Notes under the pieces: generated by a model
The model's input: only the letters and a program-made list of their open reading frames with translations
Database searches by the model: none
What the model was told of the DNA's origin: nothing
Source: Candidatus Thorarchaeota archaeon
Lineage (GTDB): Archaea; Asgardarchaeota; Thorarchaeia; Thorarchaeales; Thorarchaeaceae
Direction of reading: 5' to 3'
NCBI GenBank assembly: GCA_048884965.1
Contig: JBHLQH010000005.1
Coordinates: forward strand, 1 to 64,000
DNA: 64,000 nucleotides
In this document: positions 9,250-19,276 of the stretch, piece by piece
How positions within the stretch are numbered: position 1 is the first letter of the stretch
How the letters are laid out: the number at the start of each line of letters is the position of its first letter
Position numbers and translations under genes: made by a program

Positions 9250-10257
9250 ATGCTTCATGGAAAGATACCCCCCGATGCATTGAAATCGCGAGTCTTCAAG
9301 CATCTAGGAACCGGGCACCCAAGTATCATCCTTGGTCCCGCTCTGGGCCAAGACGCCTCACTTATTCGTATTGGTGACCGTATCATCGTCGCCTCAACGG
9401 ATCCGATAACTGGCTCTGTAGAGGATATTGGTTGGTTAGCTGTTCATGTGAATGCCAATGACATCGCGACATTCGGAGTAGAACCAAAATGGTTCTTGAA
9501 TTCCATTATGCTTCCTACTGGTTCCACAGAAGAAGACCTTGAGAAAATAATGATCCAAATTGATGAGGCCGCAAGGTCTCTTGGTATTACTGTCGCTGGG
9601 GGACATACTGAAGTCACAGATGAGATTCAGAAACCAATAATCGCAGGTTTCATGATTGGTGAAACAACAGATGATAACTATGTGACCTCGGAGGGGGCCC
9701 AACCTGGAGATGCCCTTATTATGACGAAATCCGTCGCAATTGAGGGAACTGCTATTCTAGCATCCGAAGGACACGACTTTCTTCGAAATGAACTCGGATA
9801 TCAGTTGCTTGACGAAGCAATTGCCTTGAGGAATCAAATTAGTGTAGTTATGGATGGAATAACTGCTTTCAAGACAGGTTTTGTAACGGCAATGCATGAT
9901 CCCACAGAAGGTGGCCTTGCAAATGGGATTCATGAGATATGTGATGCAAGTAAGGTAGGATGCTCAATAGTGCAGGAGCAAATACCAGTGGAGGAATCGA
10001 CCAGAGCGCTATGCCAACTTCTAGAAATCGACCCGCTCCAGTTGATTAGTAGTGGTACTATGCTCATCACCTGTGAAGCAAGGAACGCTCAAAAAATACT
10101 CGATGCACTTCGACATAACGGCATTGAAGCTGCAGTCATCGGAACTATTGAGAAGGATTTTACAAAGCGGATCATATCACTTCAGGAAAAAGAGTCCACA
10201 CTGATTCGGCCTGAAACAGATGCATTATGGGATGGGTTAAAGCGAATTACATCATAA
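9250..10257 (+). CDS. AIR synthase-related (PurM/HypE/ThiL superfamily) protein
   Basis: GQDAS, STDPIT, NANDIAT, GGHTE, MHDPTEGG, DPLQLISSG. Confidence 0.88.
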   Translation: MLHGKIPPDALKSRVFKHLGTGHPSIILGPALGQDASLIRIGDRIIVASTDPITGSVEDIGWLAVHVNANDIATFGVEPKWFLNSIMLPTGSTEEDLEKIMIQIDEAARSLGITVAGGHTEVTDEIQKPIIAGFMIGETTDDNYVTSEGAQPGDALIMTKSVAIEGTAILASEGHDFLRNELGYQLLDEAIALRNQISVVMDGITAFKTGFVTAMHDPTEGGLANGIHEICDASKVGCSIVQEQIPVEESTRALCQLLEIDPLQLISSGTMLITCEARNAQKILDALRHNGIEAAVIGTIEKDFTKRIISLQEKESTLIRPETDALWDGLKRITS

Positions 10258-11023
10258 ATCTTCGTAGAGCTTCCATTTCTCTTTCAGTTATCGATTCAAT
10301 CAGAATGGGCGAGATTGCAATGTTGTCTTCAGTCATCACGACCCTTACATCATCTCCTTCTTTCCCATCAAGTTCAATACCTTCGAACCAGAAATAGTCT
10401 CTACCATGAGGGTCTACGCGATGAACAACATTGTTCGTCATTCGAACTCGAGCAGGCACAGCATAGATGATTTTTGTACTCTCATTTACATCACATGGAA
10501 AATTCACATTGATAGCATCAAATTCCTTAGGGAATTCTTTCTCAAGTGCCTTCTTCACGATATCGACTGCTATTCTACAGACGATGTCATAGTTGCGTGA
10601 TGTTCCACTTGTATTGAACCAATCATCGGGAGCTGCTTCTTGTGAAAATGCAATAGATGGATAGCCCTTCAAGGCGGCTTCAAATGCGGCTCCAACAGTT
10701 CCACTTGTAAACATACTCTGGTAGCCTATATTCCCTCCTGCATTTATCCCTGAAACGAAGAGGTCTATATCATGGATAAAATGAGATGCAAGAACGACAG
10801 AGTCTGCAGGGGTTCCGTCATGTGTGATTAGTCTATATCCTCCTTGATCACCTCTATCTGTAGCTCTCAATGGTCGATTCAATGTAAGTGACTTTCCTGT
10901 GGCACTTCTCTGACCTTCTGGGACCACAACTGAAAGATCGCAAAACTCTGAAAGAGCTTCTGCAAGACGAAGTAATCCTTGACTTTGTGGTCCATCATCG
11001 TTTGTTAAACAAACACGTTTCAC
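10247..11023 (-). CDS. surE: 5'/3'-nucleotidase SurE
   Basis: LTNDDG, GTPADSV, SGINAGGN, SGTVGAA. Confidence 0.93.
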   Translation of the reverse strand: MKRVCLTNDDGPQSQGLLRLAEALSEFCDLSVVVPEGQRSATGKSLTLNRPLRATDRGDQGGYRLITHDGTPADSVVLASHFIHDIDLFVSGINAGGNIGYQSMFTSGTVGAAFEAALKGYPSIAFSQEAAPDDWFNTSGTSRNYDIVCRIAVDIVKKALEKEFPKEFDAINVNFPCDVNESTKIIYAVPARVRMTNNVVHRVDPHGRDYFWFEGIELDGKEGDDVRVVMTEDNIAISPILIESITEREMEALRRFMM

Positions 11024-11084
11024 GGAGAATCCCTCTGAGGAATAGAATCAAGAGAAGGATTACTTGATAAGAATGCCGTTAGGT

Positions 11085-11126
11085 AAAAGAAAAGAAAAAC
11101 GAACCCGGAAGTCGTTTCTGACTTCC
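11085..11126 (-). terminator. Hairpin plus U-tract after the short histone gene
   Basis: GGAAGTC/GACTTCC stem followed on the - strand by a T-rich tract. Confidence 0.6.
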
Positions 11127-11159
11127 AGATTCCTCCATAAGGTCTACAGATCGAGAAAT

Positions 11160-11330
11160 TTATAGGTCATAGGCTTTGAGAGTCTTGCGCTTGTTCTCAC
11201 CACAGCGCTTGACTGCACCATCTAGGATTTTCTCAATCGTCTTGTCAAGTGCTGGGTAGAAGTCTCCACCGACTTGAACATTCTTCTTCTTTGCGTAGTC
11301 TTGTATTGCTTTCTTTACAACGAAGCTCAT
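11160..11330 (-). CDS. Short histone-fold protein with truncated alpha3 (DUF1931-like), 56 aa
   Basis: MSFVVKKAIQDYAK...AVKRCGENKRKTLKAYDL ending in RxTxxxxD; GGAGG SD before ATG at 11330. Confidence 0.85.
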   Translation of the reverse strand: MSFVVKKAIQDYAKKKNVQVGGDFYPALDKTIEKILDGAVKRCGENKRKTLKAYDL

Positions 11331-11442
11331 ATTTGCTATCCTCCTATAGCGTAACGTTGTTCCTAGAATCACTTCTCCATCCTTATAAGGCTTCTCAGGA
11401 GATGCAAAATTATGCATTTCTAGGCTATTTCCAGCCTTGCGC

Positions 11443-12534
11443 TCAAATTTTGAGCTTTTTTTCCAAAATATCCATAATTCTCATGGATGCATCACCCTTT
11501 CCATAGGGACATGGAGAATCAGGCAGTGCCCCCCTCTGAAGAATGTGAGTGATCCTCTTTGGAAACTCATTTGGATCCACCCCTATAACAGCAACATGTC
11601 CTGAAGTTACAGCTTCAGGTCTTTCAGTCGATGTTCGTAGAACAAAGGCGCGCTTGTTGAGAGATGGAGATGTCACCTCCTCTTGAATTCCCCCGGAATC
11701 TGTGATGATGAATTGTGCCTTGTACATCATTTCCACAAAGTCTCTATATCCCGCTGGTTCAATTATCTTGATTTTACCTTCCGCAAGTATATGACTCCAT
11801 AAGTCATACTCTTTCAAACGAGCTACTGTCCTTGGGTGCGCTGGGAAGATGATTTCAAGACCTAATCCAGACAGTCCCTCAATTAAGCCTGAGAGGGTCT
11901 TCCTATCGTCGACGTTCTCAGCTCTATGCAGAGTAAGCAAAGCAAAATCTTCTGGTATCTGATCATTGACTACTCGTTCTCTGATTTTATCCACAACGCT
12001 TTCCAGAGTATCAATAACAGTATTTCCGGTCACGTGAATCTCTCCCCAGACATTCTCTTTCATCAGAATATCTGCAGAAGTCTGAGTTGGCGCAAAAAGG
12101 AAAGTAGAAGCGTGATCAGTGAGCCTTCGATTATGCTCTTCAGGCATCCTCATATCATAGCTCCTTAATCCAGCTTCTACATGCCCCACTGGAATATGTA
12201 GCTTAACTGCTGCAATAGTAGCCGAGAGCACCGCATTTGTATCCCCCTGCACTAGTACCACATCAGGCTGATATCGAATCAATACTTTTTCAATACCAAT
12301 TAGAGCCTTCGCAGTTTGTTCTGAATGAGTTCCTGAGCCAATGTTCAGATTCTGATCGGGAGTTCGCAAATCAAGATCCTTGAAGAATTGGTCACTCATG
12401 GTTGTTGAGAAATGCTGACCCGTGTGTAGGAAGAAATTGTCCGTACCCCTTTTCTCACATTCATGGATTAATGGGGCCATCTTGATAATCTCTGGTCTTG
12501 TTCCTACAACGATGAGAACCTTCACATCCAGCAC
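11443..12534 (-). CDS. wecB: UDP-N-acetylglucosamine 2-epimerase (non-hydrolysing)
   Basis: GTRPEIIK, HTGQH, QGDT, HVEAGLRS, PEEHNR, TLHRAEN, TDSGGIQEE, TERPE. Confidence 0.95.
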   Translation of the reverse strand: MLDVKVLIVVGTRPEIIKMAPLIHECEKRGTDNFFLHTGQHFSTTMSDQFFKDLDLRTPDQNLNIGSGTHSEQTAKALIGIEKVLIRYQPDVVLVQGDTNAVLSATIAAVKLHIPVGHVEAGLRSYDMRMPEEHNRRLTDHASTFLFAPTQTSADILMKENVWGEIHVTGNTVIDTLESVVDKIRERVVNDQIPEDFALLTLHRAENVDDRKTLSGLIEGLSGLGLEIIFPAHPRTVARLKEYDLWSHILAEGKIKIIEPAGYRDFVEMMYKAQFIITDSGGIQEEVTSPSLNKRAFVLRTSTERPEAVTSGHVAVIGVDPNEFPKRITHILQRGALPDSPCPYGKGDASMRIMDILEKKLKI

Positions 12535-12649
12535 CTACTTTAGATAAATGCTACTCCCTTCATAAACTTCATGGGTGGTTTATGTCGAAAACACCTTTAA
12601 GATACTTTGATTACAATTAAGCTGCAATCGCTTGGGGTGATTCAAAGAG

Positions 12650-13429
12650 TTGCGTTATGCACATGGACTCCTAATGGGTTTTCTCATTCCTGGCATCATT
12701 TTCGTTGGTAGCAGTGCTATCAAGCTTGCAGGAATTGGAGTGACTGATGGGGAACTTCTCACATCATTATGGAACTTATTCGTGGCTTGGACATTCATTT
12801 CCATACTAATTATTGCTGTTCCATTAGTAGTAGCATATGCAAAATTGAAGCCAAGCTTTAGGTCTATCTTTCTTTTTGAAGCAGGAGGTATACTCTTCTT
12901 CTCTCCACTATGGTTCTTTTTTACAACTGAGATAACGGGAGAATCTTTCATCGATGTCCTATTTCAAGGAGTTGAGAATGGAATCGCTTTTCCTGGTCCC
13001 ACAGGTGGATTGATAGGAGTCAATATAGGACCTATTTTCCTAATCCCTATGCTTATCACAGGAATGATAGTGGGTCTTGCATTACTCAGACCTTCCTTTA
13101 TAGAGAAAGTACCCTCAACATCTGCTCCCGCTGAGCTTGAGGCATTGAAGGAAAAGCCCCGGATTGAAGAAGAGGATGATGAGATGCCTGATGTCGCACC
13201 TCCAGTTGCTGATTCAAATAGCATCAACGAGTTAAGAAAGCTACTTACAGATCTATCTGTACCCATCACAATTATTGAAGCATTAATCAATGCTGGATAC
13301 GCGACGGTGACTGATTTGATTGCAACTAGCCCCGAAACACTATCAAAGGAAGCTGGAATAGATGTGAAGATGGCTCAAGACATTCACCTTTCTGTCCAGA
13401 AGAAGGTCTGGTTTGGTGGTATCGAATAG
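12650..13429 (+). CDS. Membrane protein (4 TM) with C-terminal helix-hairpin-helix-like domain
   Basis: Four hydrophobic segments; IEALINAGYATVTDLIATSPETLSKEAGID resembles HHH_5. Confidence 0.7.
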   Translation: MRYAHGLLMGFLIPGIIFVGSSAIKLAGIGVTDGELLTSLWNLFVAWTFISILIIAVPLVVAYAKLKPSFRSIFLFEAGGILFFSPLWFFFTTEITGESFIDVLFQGVENGIAFPGPTGGLIGVNIGPIFLIPMLITGMIVGLALLRPSFIEKVPSTSAPAELEALKEKPRIEEEDDEMPDVAPPVADSNSINELRKLLTDLSVPITIIEALINAGYATVTDLIATSPETLSKEAGIDVKMAQDIHLSVQKKVWFGGIE

Positions 13430-13440
13430 AGCGAAATTCA

Positions 13441-14187
13441 TCATTCATTGAGTGATATCATCGCATCAAGCGCTATCGTTACCAAGTCATCCAGTTTTGG
13501 CTTGTCGATGATCTTCGCCTCTTTCTCAATAGGCTCTCCAACAATGACACATGCCGTGCCGACTCGTACCCTTCGTAATTGTCCAATCACAAAAAGAGCG
13601 GCACTTTCCATCTCAGTAGCTAGTACTCCAGCTCTACGATACGAATCCCATTTTGCTTCCATTCTATGACGGTCAGCGACCAGATTCGGAAACTCACTAT
13701 AAAAAGCATCTTTACTATGTCCAATTCCAACCCTATACGACGCATCGCTTTTCTCAGCAGCGGCGATAAGCGATCTGAGAAGAGACGGGTCAGAAATAGC
13801 TGGGAATTCTAGAGGCACATATTGCCTAGAAGTCCCATCGTCTCGCACTGATCCTGAAAAGATGATGACATCTCCCGCCTTCAATGAATTATCAATTGCA
13901 CCTGCAGTCCCAACTCTTACGAAGGTGTGTCCTCCAACTCTGATCAATTCCTCTAGCGCAATTGCTGCCGAAGGACATCCAATCCCTGTTGAGCAAACTG
14001 CAACTGGCACTCCTTTGTAGGTGCCCTTGAAACTCCAATACTCTCTCTTGTGAGCAATTTCCTCTGAATTTTCGAAGAAATTCTCTGCTATGAGTCTTGC
14101 ACGGTCAGGGTCTCCTGGTAGAAGAATTAATGGCGGTATCTCTCCTGGTGCTATATCGATATGATATTCTCGAATCTCTGATGTCAT
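13441..14187 (-). CDS. udp: Uridine phosphorylase (PNP_UDP_1 family)
   Basis: PGDPDRA, STGIGCPSAAI, RVGTAG, EMESA. Confidence 0.88.
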   Translation of the reverse strand: MTSEIREYHIDIAPGEIPPLILLPGDPDRARLIAENFFENSEEIAHKREYWSFKGTYKGVPVAVCSTGIGCPSAAIALEELIRVGGHTFVRVGTAGAIDNSLKAGDVIIFSGSVRDDGTSRQYVPLEFPAISDPSLLRSLIAAAEKSDASYRVGIGHSKDAFYSEFPNLVADRHRMEAKWDSYRRAGVLATEMESAALFVIGQLRRVRVGTACVIVGEPIEKEAKIIDKPKLDDLVTIALDAMISLNE

Positions 14188-14305
14188 ATGCTACCAACCT
14201 TCTGGCTTCGAGTACGGGCTACTAAAAATCATTTCGACATGTATCTTTAGGTCTCTCCGACATGCTTAAAAGAACTCTACATGACGGCGCTCATGAGTGG
14301 TGACC

Positions 14306-14530
14306 ATGAGCGAAAATGTCACAGACCTAGAACGAAAGATATTGGCAGTTATTATCAAGGATAGCCATCGACCCGCCTCAATAACAAGAATTCTTCAGGG
14401 TCGTCAAGTGAGCTGTGATCAAAACTCGGTTGTTCAATCTCTGAATGCTCTTGAAAAGAAAGGACTAGTTGAACGTTATTCACCAAAGACATGGATTGCC
14501 AAGGGCAAAGCTGAGGAATATATCGTATAG
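14306..14530 (+). CDS. Small winged-helix protein
   Basis: DLERKILAVI...VVQSLNALEKKGLVER..W. Confidence 0.7.
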   Translation: MSENVTDLERKILAVIIKDSHRPASITRILQGRQVSCDQNSVVQSLNALEKKGLVERYSPKTWIAKGKAEEYIV

Positions 14531-14567
14531 GCGTGTAGCGATCACTAGATGCCACAACAGATGCTGA

Positions 14568-15557
14568 TTATAGGATTTTTACTAGCTTATCAACCACATT
14601 GTAGGTTAGCTCGGGATTCTTCACTGAGAATACATGGGTCCTAATAGTATTTGATGCTACAATATTACTTTCTATCTTCATCACTAGATTTTCTAGTAGT
14701 TCTTCACCTAAATCAACAAGAGGAAGTACATGCGCAACAGCTAGTGCCACCTCTTTAGATCCTTGCTTCCTCAATCTGTCTGCAGCTTTGAGAAGAGTAC
14801 TTCCGCTTTTTGTTAGGTCATCAATGACGATAATATTCTTTCCTTTTACTTCCAAATCCCCAGACAGTTCAACACTGAAGGAATTCGTTCGACTCTTACC
14901 AAACCCCTCGCAGTCAAATCTTTCCTGTCCTCCTTCATCAGGAGTGATAACGAGATATTCCTTGAACTCGAATTGCTTTGCAGCAAATTCAACAAGATCT
15001 GGTACGATATCCACAATCTCCAATTTCCCTGTATCGATAAGGTTCTTCATCCAATCGAGACTATCCGGTGCATGAGGATTTAATACCCATATCTTGTCAC
15101 ACGCCTTCGCAATCATTTCCATTGCCCATTTACCTGAAACTGCTTCTCCTGTCTTGAATGCCTTATCTTGGAGTGCAAATGGCTGGAATGTCAACACCAC
15201 CTCAATTCGAGATGGGGGTTCTACTGGTGTAGCACAGTAACTCTTGTGTGCCACTTCTTCAACTGAAATTGGATTATTCAACAGATCAAGCATCAGAAGA
15301 AGTTCAATCAACCTATCCGCGGTGGAGTATTGCTCTTGTTCATCCGGTCCTGATGCTGTGCAGCTTTGAACTACAACAACTCTTCTCCCAGATAATCTTG
15401 AAATCCGAGGGATTCTGACATAGAGGTCACCATTTGGAAACATCCTTCTACTATCATAATTTGCTGCTGAACGATAAACGGTGTAACCATGCTCTTTGAA
15501 CCGAAGTCCAAGGTGTTCTGCTCCACTGGCAAGTACAACCTCATAGTCCTTCATCAT
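14568..15557 (-). CDS. Divergent ribose-phosphate pyrophosphokinase-like protein (PRTase fold)
   Basis: FPNGDLYVRI, LQDKAFKTGEAVS, PDEGG, VIDDLTKSGSTL. Confidence 0.75.
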   Translation of the reverse strand: MMKDYEVVLASGAEHLGLRFKEHGYTVYRSAANYDSRRMFPNGDLYVRIPRISRLSGRRVVVVQSCTASGPDEQEQYSTADRLIELLLMLDLLNNPISVEEVAHKSYCATPVEPPSRIEVVLTFQPFALQDKAFKTGEAVSGKWAMEMIAKACDKIWVLNPHAPDSLDWMKNLIDTGKLEIVDIVPDLVEFAAKQFEFKEYLVITPDEGGQERFDCEGFGKSRTNSFSVELSGDLEVKGKNIIVIDDLTKSGSTLLKAADRLRKQGSKEVALAVAHVLPLVDLGEELLENLVMKIESNIVASNTIRTHVFSVKNPELTYNVVDKLVKIL

Positions 15558-15607
15558 AACTGCACCTTCGTGCGATGCGCTCAACTTCCCCCTTAAGGAA
15601 TTTTCCC

Positions 15608-16150
15608 TCAATCTATATTCGGTTTATCCTGTCCGACATATCGACTTCCAGTTCGCTTATCATAACCAGTACCTGCTTCACTACTTAATGGCATGAACAT
15701 GAGCTGTACAATCCTCATTCCAGGGTAGAGTAAAACAGGACTCAGATTCTCACAGAATATTTCTAGAGTGAGTTTGCCAGGTTTTTCTATACCTGTACCG
15801 GGATTCACGAGACCTGCTGCATGTACAATGATTCCAAGTCTTGCGATACTGGAGCGTCCTTCCAGAAATCCTGCATATCTCGAAGAGAGAGAAATCTTCT
15901 CAATCGTTTGGCCAAGAATGAATTGACCGGGAAGTATCATGAACGGATCTTGTCCAGTGTTAACTAACCTTGTTCCACTATCTAGCGGTTTATTAGAATG
16001 GATATCAATCGGTTCCCCGGGATGATACACCCTGAATACGCTGTCTAAGCTCAGATCGATACTACAGGGACCGATTGCATCATCATTTTGGGGAGTGATG
16101 GATATCTCTCCAGCCTCAATCGCTTTTCTGATATCTTGATCCGAGAGCAT
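15608..16150 (-). CDS. dcd: dCTP deaminase
   Basis: MLSDQDI, SIDLSL, EGRSSIARLG, TLEI, YPGMRIVQL, YVGQ. Confidence 0.9.
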   Translation of the reverse strand: MLSDQDIRKAIEAGEISITPQNDDAIGPCSIDLSLDSVFRVYHPGEPIDIHSNKPLDSGTRLVNTGQDPFMILPGQFILGQTIEKISLSSRYAGFLEGRSSIARLGIIVHAAGLVNPGTGIEKPGKLTLEIFCENLSPVLLYPGMRIVQLMFMPLSSEAGTGYDKRTGSRYVGQDKPNID

Positions 16151-16295
16151 GTTGTTTCACCACTTGATCTATCAGATGTGAGGAGTGGGATTCCTTTTAA
16201 TCTGTCGAAATCAAAAACACTCGTTTTCTCATACGATAACCTTTAACGCGATATACCTATCAAATCCACTAGCCACCAAAGGTGAAGTGCTAAGC

Positions 16296-16991
16296 GTGAG
16301 CCCGACGGCTAGAGACCTTCTGCTTAAGATTTCGAAAGAGACAGGAATGCCGTATCGAGAAGTAGCGAAGCGAATAAACACCTCTATGGCTAACGGTGAA
16401 GGGTTTCTTGAATCTGTCAAGATATTAGTTGAGGACCAAGGATTGAATCCTGCTGACTATAGGCTAGATTCTCTCGAAATCGTGAAGGAGATTAGAAGAA
16501 TCCTTCAAGAGGACTATTCCCAAACGCTCATGATCTCTGCAGTTTTGGGACAGCTAGTAGAATCCAAAGAGCACGAAAGATTTCCTCCCCCAGCATTTTT
16601 CACATTTCTAGAAATACTGGCTGAGATTGAAGAAGCACCTCGAAGAATGGGGTCCGAACCACCAAAGAACGTAGATGAAGCAACAACAAGAATCATTGAA
16701 TTGACGACTACCCTTGTATCTCTCATCTGTGAGTGGAGTGAGACCGGAGTAGTAGGTGTCGCAAAGGATTGCCCGTCATCTCTACATGATTTGGCGCGGA
16801 GTGTTTTCAGAAAAACAAAACTGCTTCAATCTGGGATGTGGGCATGTGTTTCCTGTGGAAAAATAGTCGATGCGAGTGAAACAAGAGCATTGCTTTGCAG
16901 TGAATGTGACTCTGAGATATCGACTAGTTCATCATCCTTTTCTGAGAATGGTGATACTAAAGATCGAACTGGTTATGGTCGAACGAAGTGA
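16296..16991 (+). CDS. Hypothetical helical protein with C-terminal CxxC-x12-CxxC Zn ribbon
   Basis: WACVSCG...LCSECD; start uncertain (GTG at 16287 or 16296, after GGTGA). Confidence 0.7.
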   Translation: MSPTARDLLLKISKETGMPYREVAKRINTSMANGEGFLESVKILVEDQGLNPADYRLDSLEIVKEIRRILQEDYSQTLMISAVLGQLVESKEHERFPPPAFFTFLEILAEIEEAPRRMGSEPPKNVDEATTRIIELTTTLVSLICEWSETGVVGVAKDCPSSLHDLARSVFRKTKLLQSGMWACVSCGKIVDASETRALLCSECDSEISTSSSSFSENGDTKDRTGYGRTK

Positions 16992-17003
16992 ATACTCAAA
17001 CTC

Positions 17004-17645
17004 TCATATCGCTAGATGAAAATCGAAACCTGCTTTGAGCATGTCCAATGTAGCACTAACCTGTTCTTCATAGATAGTTACGCTGTCAACCTGAAGTGCA
17101 AATTCTCCCATATTCGTTTGCTCAACGAATAGAATGACAGGATCGAGATTTGTCGTGGGTCCGAGGCTAATCAAGGGTGCAGATAATCCATCATAGAAAT
17201 CGCTTCTGCCCATTGGTATCTTCATTCTATGTAGCAATCGCTCGCCTTTCTTTGATATGACCTGTCCTACGGTAGGGCCATCATAACTCACAAGTGCCAC
17301 GACGAACCGTGAAGGAACATGACCTCTAAGAAAGAAGAGCATATCTGTCATCCATTCATATTCTTTAACAAAGACATCCCCAAAAATAATCATCAAATCT
17401 TCTGATACCATTGCTTGAACTGGGATTACTGGTGGTTTCATATCTGCTGGATATCTATTCCATGTCGAAAAGCTTGGCGAATTGAAAACAAAGATGGTTT
17501 CGAATGGGAGATTCTCATATAACCTTCGGCAGACCGCCTGACCCAATGGATTCAAGCCTAGAATTATCGTGTATTCTTCAGAAATCTTTCTTTTCTTATA
17601 CACTTCAAGTATTGGCGAAATCCATTCTTGTTCAAACGTTGGCAT
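17004..17645 (-). CDS. Hypothetical protein, possibly divergent PAC2 proteasome-assembly-chaperone fold
   Basis: IILGLNPLGQAV...FNSPSF...LMIIFGD...DGLSAPL pattern. Confidence 0.55.
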   Translation of the reverse strand: MPTFEQEWISPILEVYKKRKISEEYTIILGLNPLGQAVCRRLYENLPFETIFVFNSPSFSTWNRYPADMKPPVIPVQAMVSEDLMIIFGDVFVKEYEWMTDMLFFLRGHVPSRFVVALVSYDGPTVGQVISKKGERLLHRMKIPMGRSDFYDGLSAPLISLGPTTNLDPVILFVEQTNMGEFALQVDSVTIYEEQVSATLDMLKAGFDFHLAI

Positions 17646-17870
17646 ATTCTGGAGCCCTCGCAATCAATATTTCCATTGCAATCCTTTCGATAATAATTCA
17701 TCTAATAACTCATTGATTAACGTAGCTACATCCAATAAATGATTCTCAGAATAGGAAAAAGCAGGATCATTCTTGAAATTCGCATGTGCATCCCCATCCG
17801 ATTCATTTATACGGAACCCATAACGCGGGGCTTCTCGCTGATTCACTAGTACTATAGTGAGGTCATTTCA

Positions 17871-19220
17871 TTGGATAGCTACATCGAAAGTGTCTACGAA
17901 AAAGTGGTGGAAAAAGATCCTGATCAGAAGGTCTTCCACCAAGCTGCGTTGGAGGTTCTCGAAACCCTAGAGCCTGCTATCAAGAAGTATCCTATCTATA
18001 AGGAGAAGGCCATTCTTGAACGAATCACTGAACCTGAGCGAGTTTTTATGTTCAGAGTTCCTTGGGTCGATAGAGATGGCAAGATACAGGTCAACAGAGG
18101 TTTTAGAGTTCAATTTAATTCTGCAATCGGTCCCTACAAAGGTGGTCTAAGATTCCATCCTACAGTTAACCTTGGCGTTTTGAAATTCCTTGGATTTGAA
18201 CAGATTTTCAAGAACAGCCTAACTGGTCTACCTATGGGTGGTGCTAAGGGTGGTTCTGACTTCGATCCTAAAGGAAAGACTGATGATGAAGTCCGTAACT
18301 TCTGTTACAGCTTCATGCTTGAACTATACAGGCATATCGGTCAATTCATTGATGTACCAGCAGGCGACATCGGCGTAGGTGGTCGTGAAATCGGGTACCT
18401 TTATGGGGCATACCGAAAGGCAACTAACAACCATGGAACCTGTGTCCTAACAGGCAAAGGTGCTGGTTGGGGTGGCTCGCTCATTCGTCCTCAAGCAACT
18501 GGATATGGTTGTGTATACTTTGTCCAAGAGATGCTCAAGACTCGTAATGAGGATATGAAGGGCAAGGTGGCTGCTGTATCCGGATCTGGTAACGTCGCTC
18601 AATATACTGTTGAGAAGTTGCTTGATTTGGGTTCAAAGGTCATAGCCATGAGCGACTCAAGTGGATGGATTCACGATCCCGAGGGTATCGACAGAGAAAA
18701 GCTCGCGTGGATCATGGATTTGAAGAATGTCCGAAGAGGCAGAATCAAGGAATACGCTGATGAATTCAAGAGTGCAAGCTTTGAAGCTTCTGGCAGTCCC
18801 TGGCAGCTTAAGGTTGATCTAGCATTCCCAAGTGCAACACAGAATGAAGTCGATGCGAATGAGGCGAAAGCTCTCGTTGACAATGGTGTGCTTGCCGTTG
18901 GAGAAGGCGCCAACATGCCCACTGTTCCTGCAGGTGTCGAGATATTCCTAGAGAACAAGATTCTCTATGGTCCCGGTAAGGCTGCAAATGCTGGTGGTGT
19001 ATCAGTTTCTGGACTAGAGATGGCTCAGAACAGCATGCGCTACTTCTGGACCCGTGAGGAAGTCGATCAGCGTCTCAACCAAATCATGGTCAACATCCAT
19101 AAGGCTGCTCATGATACAGCTGAGATCTTTGGTCAGAAGGGTAACTATGTACTCGGTGCAAACATCGCTGGCTTCTTGAAGGTTGCCAATGCAATGGTTG
19201 ACCAAGGTTACTTCATGTAG
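17871..19220 (+). CDS. gdhA: NADP-specific glutamate dehydrogenase
   Basis: GPYKGGLRFHP, GGAKGGSDFDP, DVPAGDIGVG, GSGNVA, EGANMP, KAANAGGV. Confidence 0.96.
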   Translation: MDSYIESVYEKVVEKDPDQKVFHQAALEVLETLEPAIKKYPIYKEKAILERITEPERVFMFRVPWVDRDGKIQVNRGFRVQFNSAIGPYKGGLRFHPTVNLGVLKFLGFEQIFKNSLTGLPMGGAKGGSDFDPKGKTDDEVRNFCYSFMLELYRHIGQFIDVPAGDIGVGGREIGYLYGAYRKATNNHGTCVLTGKGAGWGGSLIRPQATGYGCVYFVQEMLKTRNEDMKGKVAAVSGSGNVAQYTVEKLLDLGSKVIAMSDSSGWIHDPEGIDREKLAWIMDLKNVRRGRIKEYADEFKSASFEASGSPWQLKVDLAFPSATQNEVDANEAKALVDNGVLAVGEGANMPTVPAGVEIFLENKILYGPGKAANAGGVSVSGLEMAQNSMRYFWTREEVDQRLNQIMVNIHKAAHDTAEIFGQKGNYVLGANIAGFLKVANAMVDQGYFM

Positions 19221-19234
19221 AATTCTGTAGTAAT

Positions 19235-19270
19235 GGGATCCATATACTGGATCCCCTACCTTTTCTTTTT
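19235..19270 (+). terminator. Hairpin plus U-tract after gdhA
   Basis: GGGATCCA/TGGATCCC stem then TTTTCTTTTT. Confidence 0.65.
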
Positions 19271-19276
19271 GCTTCT

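Noticed and set aside
9250-10257. AIR-synthase-family protein as SelD
   Set aside because: Lacks the N-terminal C/U-x-x-K motif
17664-17846. 60-aa ORF in frame with 17004-17663 across a single TGA (possible Sec)
   Set aside because: Covers the probable gdhA promoter (TTTATA near 17806); no selenoprotein context or recognisable domain
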